From contig ML978128.1 of assembly GCA_010015805.1 (NCBI GenBank), positions 1,178,001 through 1,242,000 on the forward strand: DNA of 64,000 nucleotides, written 5' to 3'. This DNA comes from Rhizodiscina lignyota. Lineage: Eukaryota. The position numbers and the translations under genes were made by a program. Below the pieces are notes generated by a model that saw nothing but the letters and a program-made list of their open reading frames with translations, had not been told where the DNA came from and made no database searches. Below, piece by piece: positions 62,232 to 64,000 of the stretch; the first letter of the stretch is position 1; each line of letters starts with the position of its first letter.

Positions 62232-64000
62232 ATGAGAACCGTTGTTGCTCGACATTCAGCCTTTTCTTCAAGCAAGCTTCGAAATGGCCTCTCACACTCC
62301 TATGGAGTCTTCTCAATCCCCTACGGAATCTTCTCGCGCTTCTATGGAGCCTTCTCCAAGCCCTCCACTCGTGGTATCGCTCAACCGGCACTTCGCGCTC
62401 GGTTTTGCTCGAGTGAACGACTCCGCCTGGTGAAGTCGCATATTCGAGATGTCCAAAGGAAAGATCTTACCACACTTCGCAGTTTATCGACACCGGATCA
62501 CAAGAATGAGACCATCTACGCGTTGGCCACTGCCCCAGGCACTTCGGCTATTGCAGTAGTGCGCGTATCTGGTCCTGCATGCAAGAATGTGGGTTGAGAA
62601 CGCATCAAGGGTACCACTTATAGACTATCAACTAACGTATTGCACAGATATACTATCTGCTCTCCCTGCGACACACCCTTCCAAGCCCTCGGCTAGCTGT
62701 CCTCCGCACGCTCTACGATCCAGCAGATGATGGCATCCTCGACCCGGGTGCATTAGTTCTCTACTTCCCAGCGCCCCACTCATTCACCGGAGAAGATGTG
62801 CTCGAGCTGCACATTCATGGCGGTCCAGCAACGATCACAGCGGTGTTAGCAGCCGTACCACAGTGCGCTGCACACTTTGAATGTCCCGAATGCAAAGAAG
62901 TCGGGGCCGGTCATGCAATCCGCTACGCTGAACCCGGGGAATTCACCCGTCTTGCTTTCCTCAACAAGCGTCTCTCCCTACCGCAGATCGAAGCTCTGTC
63001 AGCGACTCTCTCTGCGCAAACAGAACAACAGCGGCGCGTGGCAGCGCGAGGCTCGCGCTCGGCACTGTCAGATACGTACGAGGCATGGCGCATGAAACTT
63101 CTTCTGGCGCGCGGCGAGCTCGAAGCGATCATTGACTTTCATGAATCAGAAGACTTTGACGAAACGCCCGAACAGTTGGCGAAGAACGTTGCGCAAATGG
63201 CGCGTGGGTTGTTGGAGGAGATCAAGCTACACAGAGCGAATGCTGTCAGGGGTGAGCTGCTGCGCAGCGGCATTAGCGTCGCGTTTCTAGGAGCGCCGAA
63301 CGCGGGGAAGAGCAGTCTGCTCAACAGGGTTGTGGGCAGAGAAGCCGCAATCGTGAGCCGCGAGGCTGGCACCACGAGGGATATTGTGGACGTAAACGTG
63401 GATTTGGCTGGATGGTACGTTAAATTTGGGGACATGGCGGGACTGCGCGGCAGCAACAGTTCAGGCCACGCGACCTCTGAGAAGGATGAAGTGGGCGAGG
63501 TCGAACAGGAAGGCATCAGGCGCGCGAAGGAGCGGGCGCTGCAATCGGACGTTGTCGTCGTGATCCTCGCCGTCGAACTGGACCCCGAGAACGGCCAGCC
63601 TGTCTTACGCATCGATCCCGAAGTCGTCGCAACGGCGCACGAATGCGCGACGCAGGGCCGCGCAGTCCTCGTTGCCATTAACAAGACCGATAAGCTCGAT
63701 TCGGCCGAAGACGATAATTTTGGCCCCAAAATTATCGCAGCGTGGCGGAAGGAGGTTCAGGCTTCCCTGGGCGTCGAAGAGGGCAGGATCTTCGCTATAT
63801 CCTGCAGGTCCGAGGCAGAGCCGCAAACTAGCCCCCAAAACCAGCCCGGCGGTACAACCACACCAGACCCCGGCCACATCCAAGCCTTCCTGCACGGCCT
63901 GACGTCGACGTTTTCGTCGCTCACTCAGCCCCTGGTCCCCAATCGGGACCCTGCCAATGAAACATATCTCTCCGATATGTCGATTTGGCAGGACTCCTTG
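62232..64000 (+). CDS. MSS1: Mitochondrial tRNA modification GTPase Mss1/TrmE (MnmE), 3' truncated; intron about 62589-62647
   Basis: Mitochondrial-presequence-like N-terminus, TIYALATAPG, FTGEDVLELHIHGG, EPGEFT, GAPNAGKSSL, GTTRD, DMAG and NKTD G-motifs. Confidence 0.94.

Overview
Gene-dense euchromatic segment of a filamentous ascomycete chromosome. It has short GT-AG introns with CTRAC branch points and encodes a PRC2 SUZ12-like subunit; a Dothideomycete-like host is inferred but not demonstrable from the sequence. Recognisable genes, in order: dihydropyrimidinase (5' truncated), phosphoglucomutase, an orphan ORF, oxysterol-binding protein Kes1/Osh4, a secreted Cys-rich protein with a (TITQNA)n stalk, delta-12 fatty acid desaturase, complex I NDUFA8, Nup57, Iws1/Spn1, a WW/Gly-Gln-rich protein, alpha-tubulin, a Pga1-like protein, a tiny double-F-box protein, a second small secreted Cys-rich protein, an Ecm13-family protein, a PTH11-like membrane protein, an F-box/LRR nuclear protein, SUZ12-like plus PHD, NADH-glutamate synthase, Chz1, Ctf4/SepB, Mak16 and Mss1/TrmE (3' truncated). 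No tRNA, rRNA, intact transposon or CRISPR array was seen. The most notable observations are: two dispersed secreted proteins that share an 18-nt first exon and a Cys scaffold (a candidate uncharacterised effector family); an F-box-only tandem protein; SUZ12 with a spliced PHD tail lying head-to-head with an F-box/LRR gene; a 10-nt Chz1 microexon; and decayed ORF relics. All exon models were built by eye.
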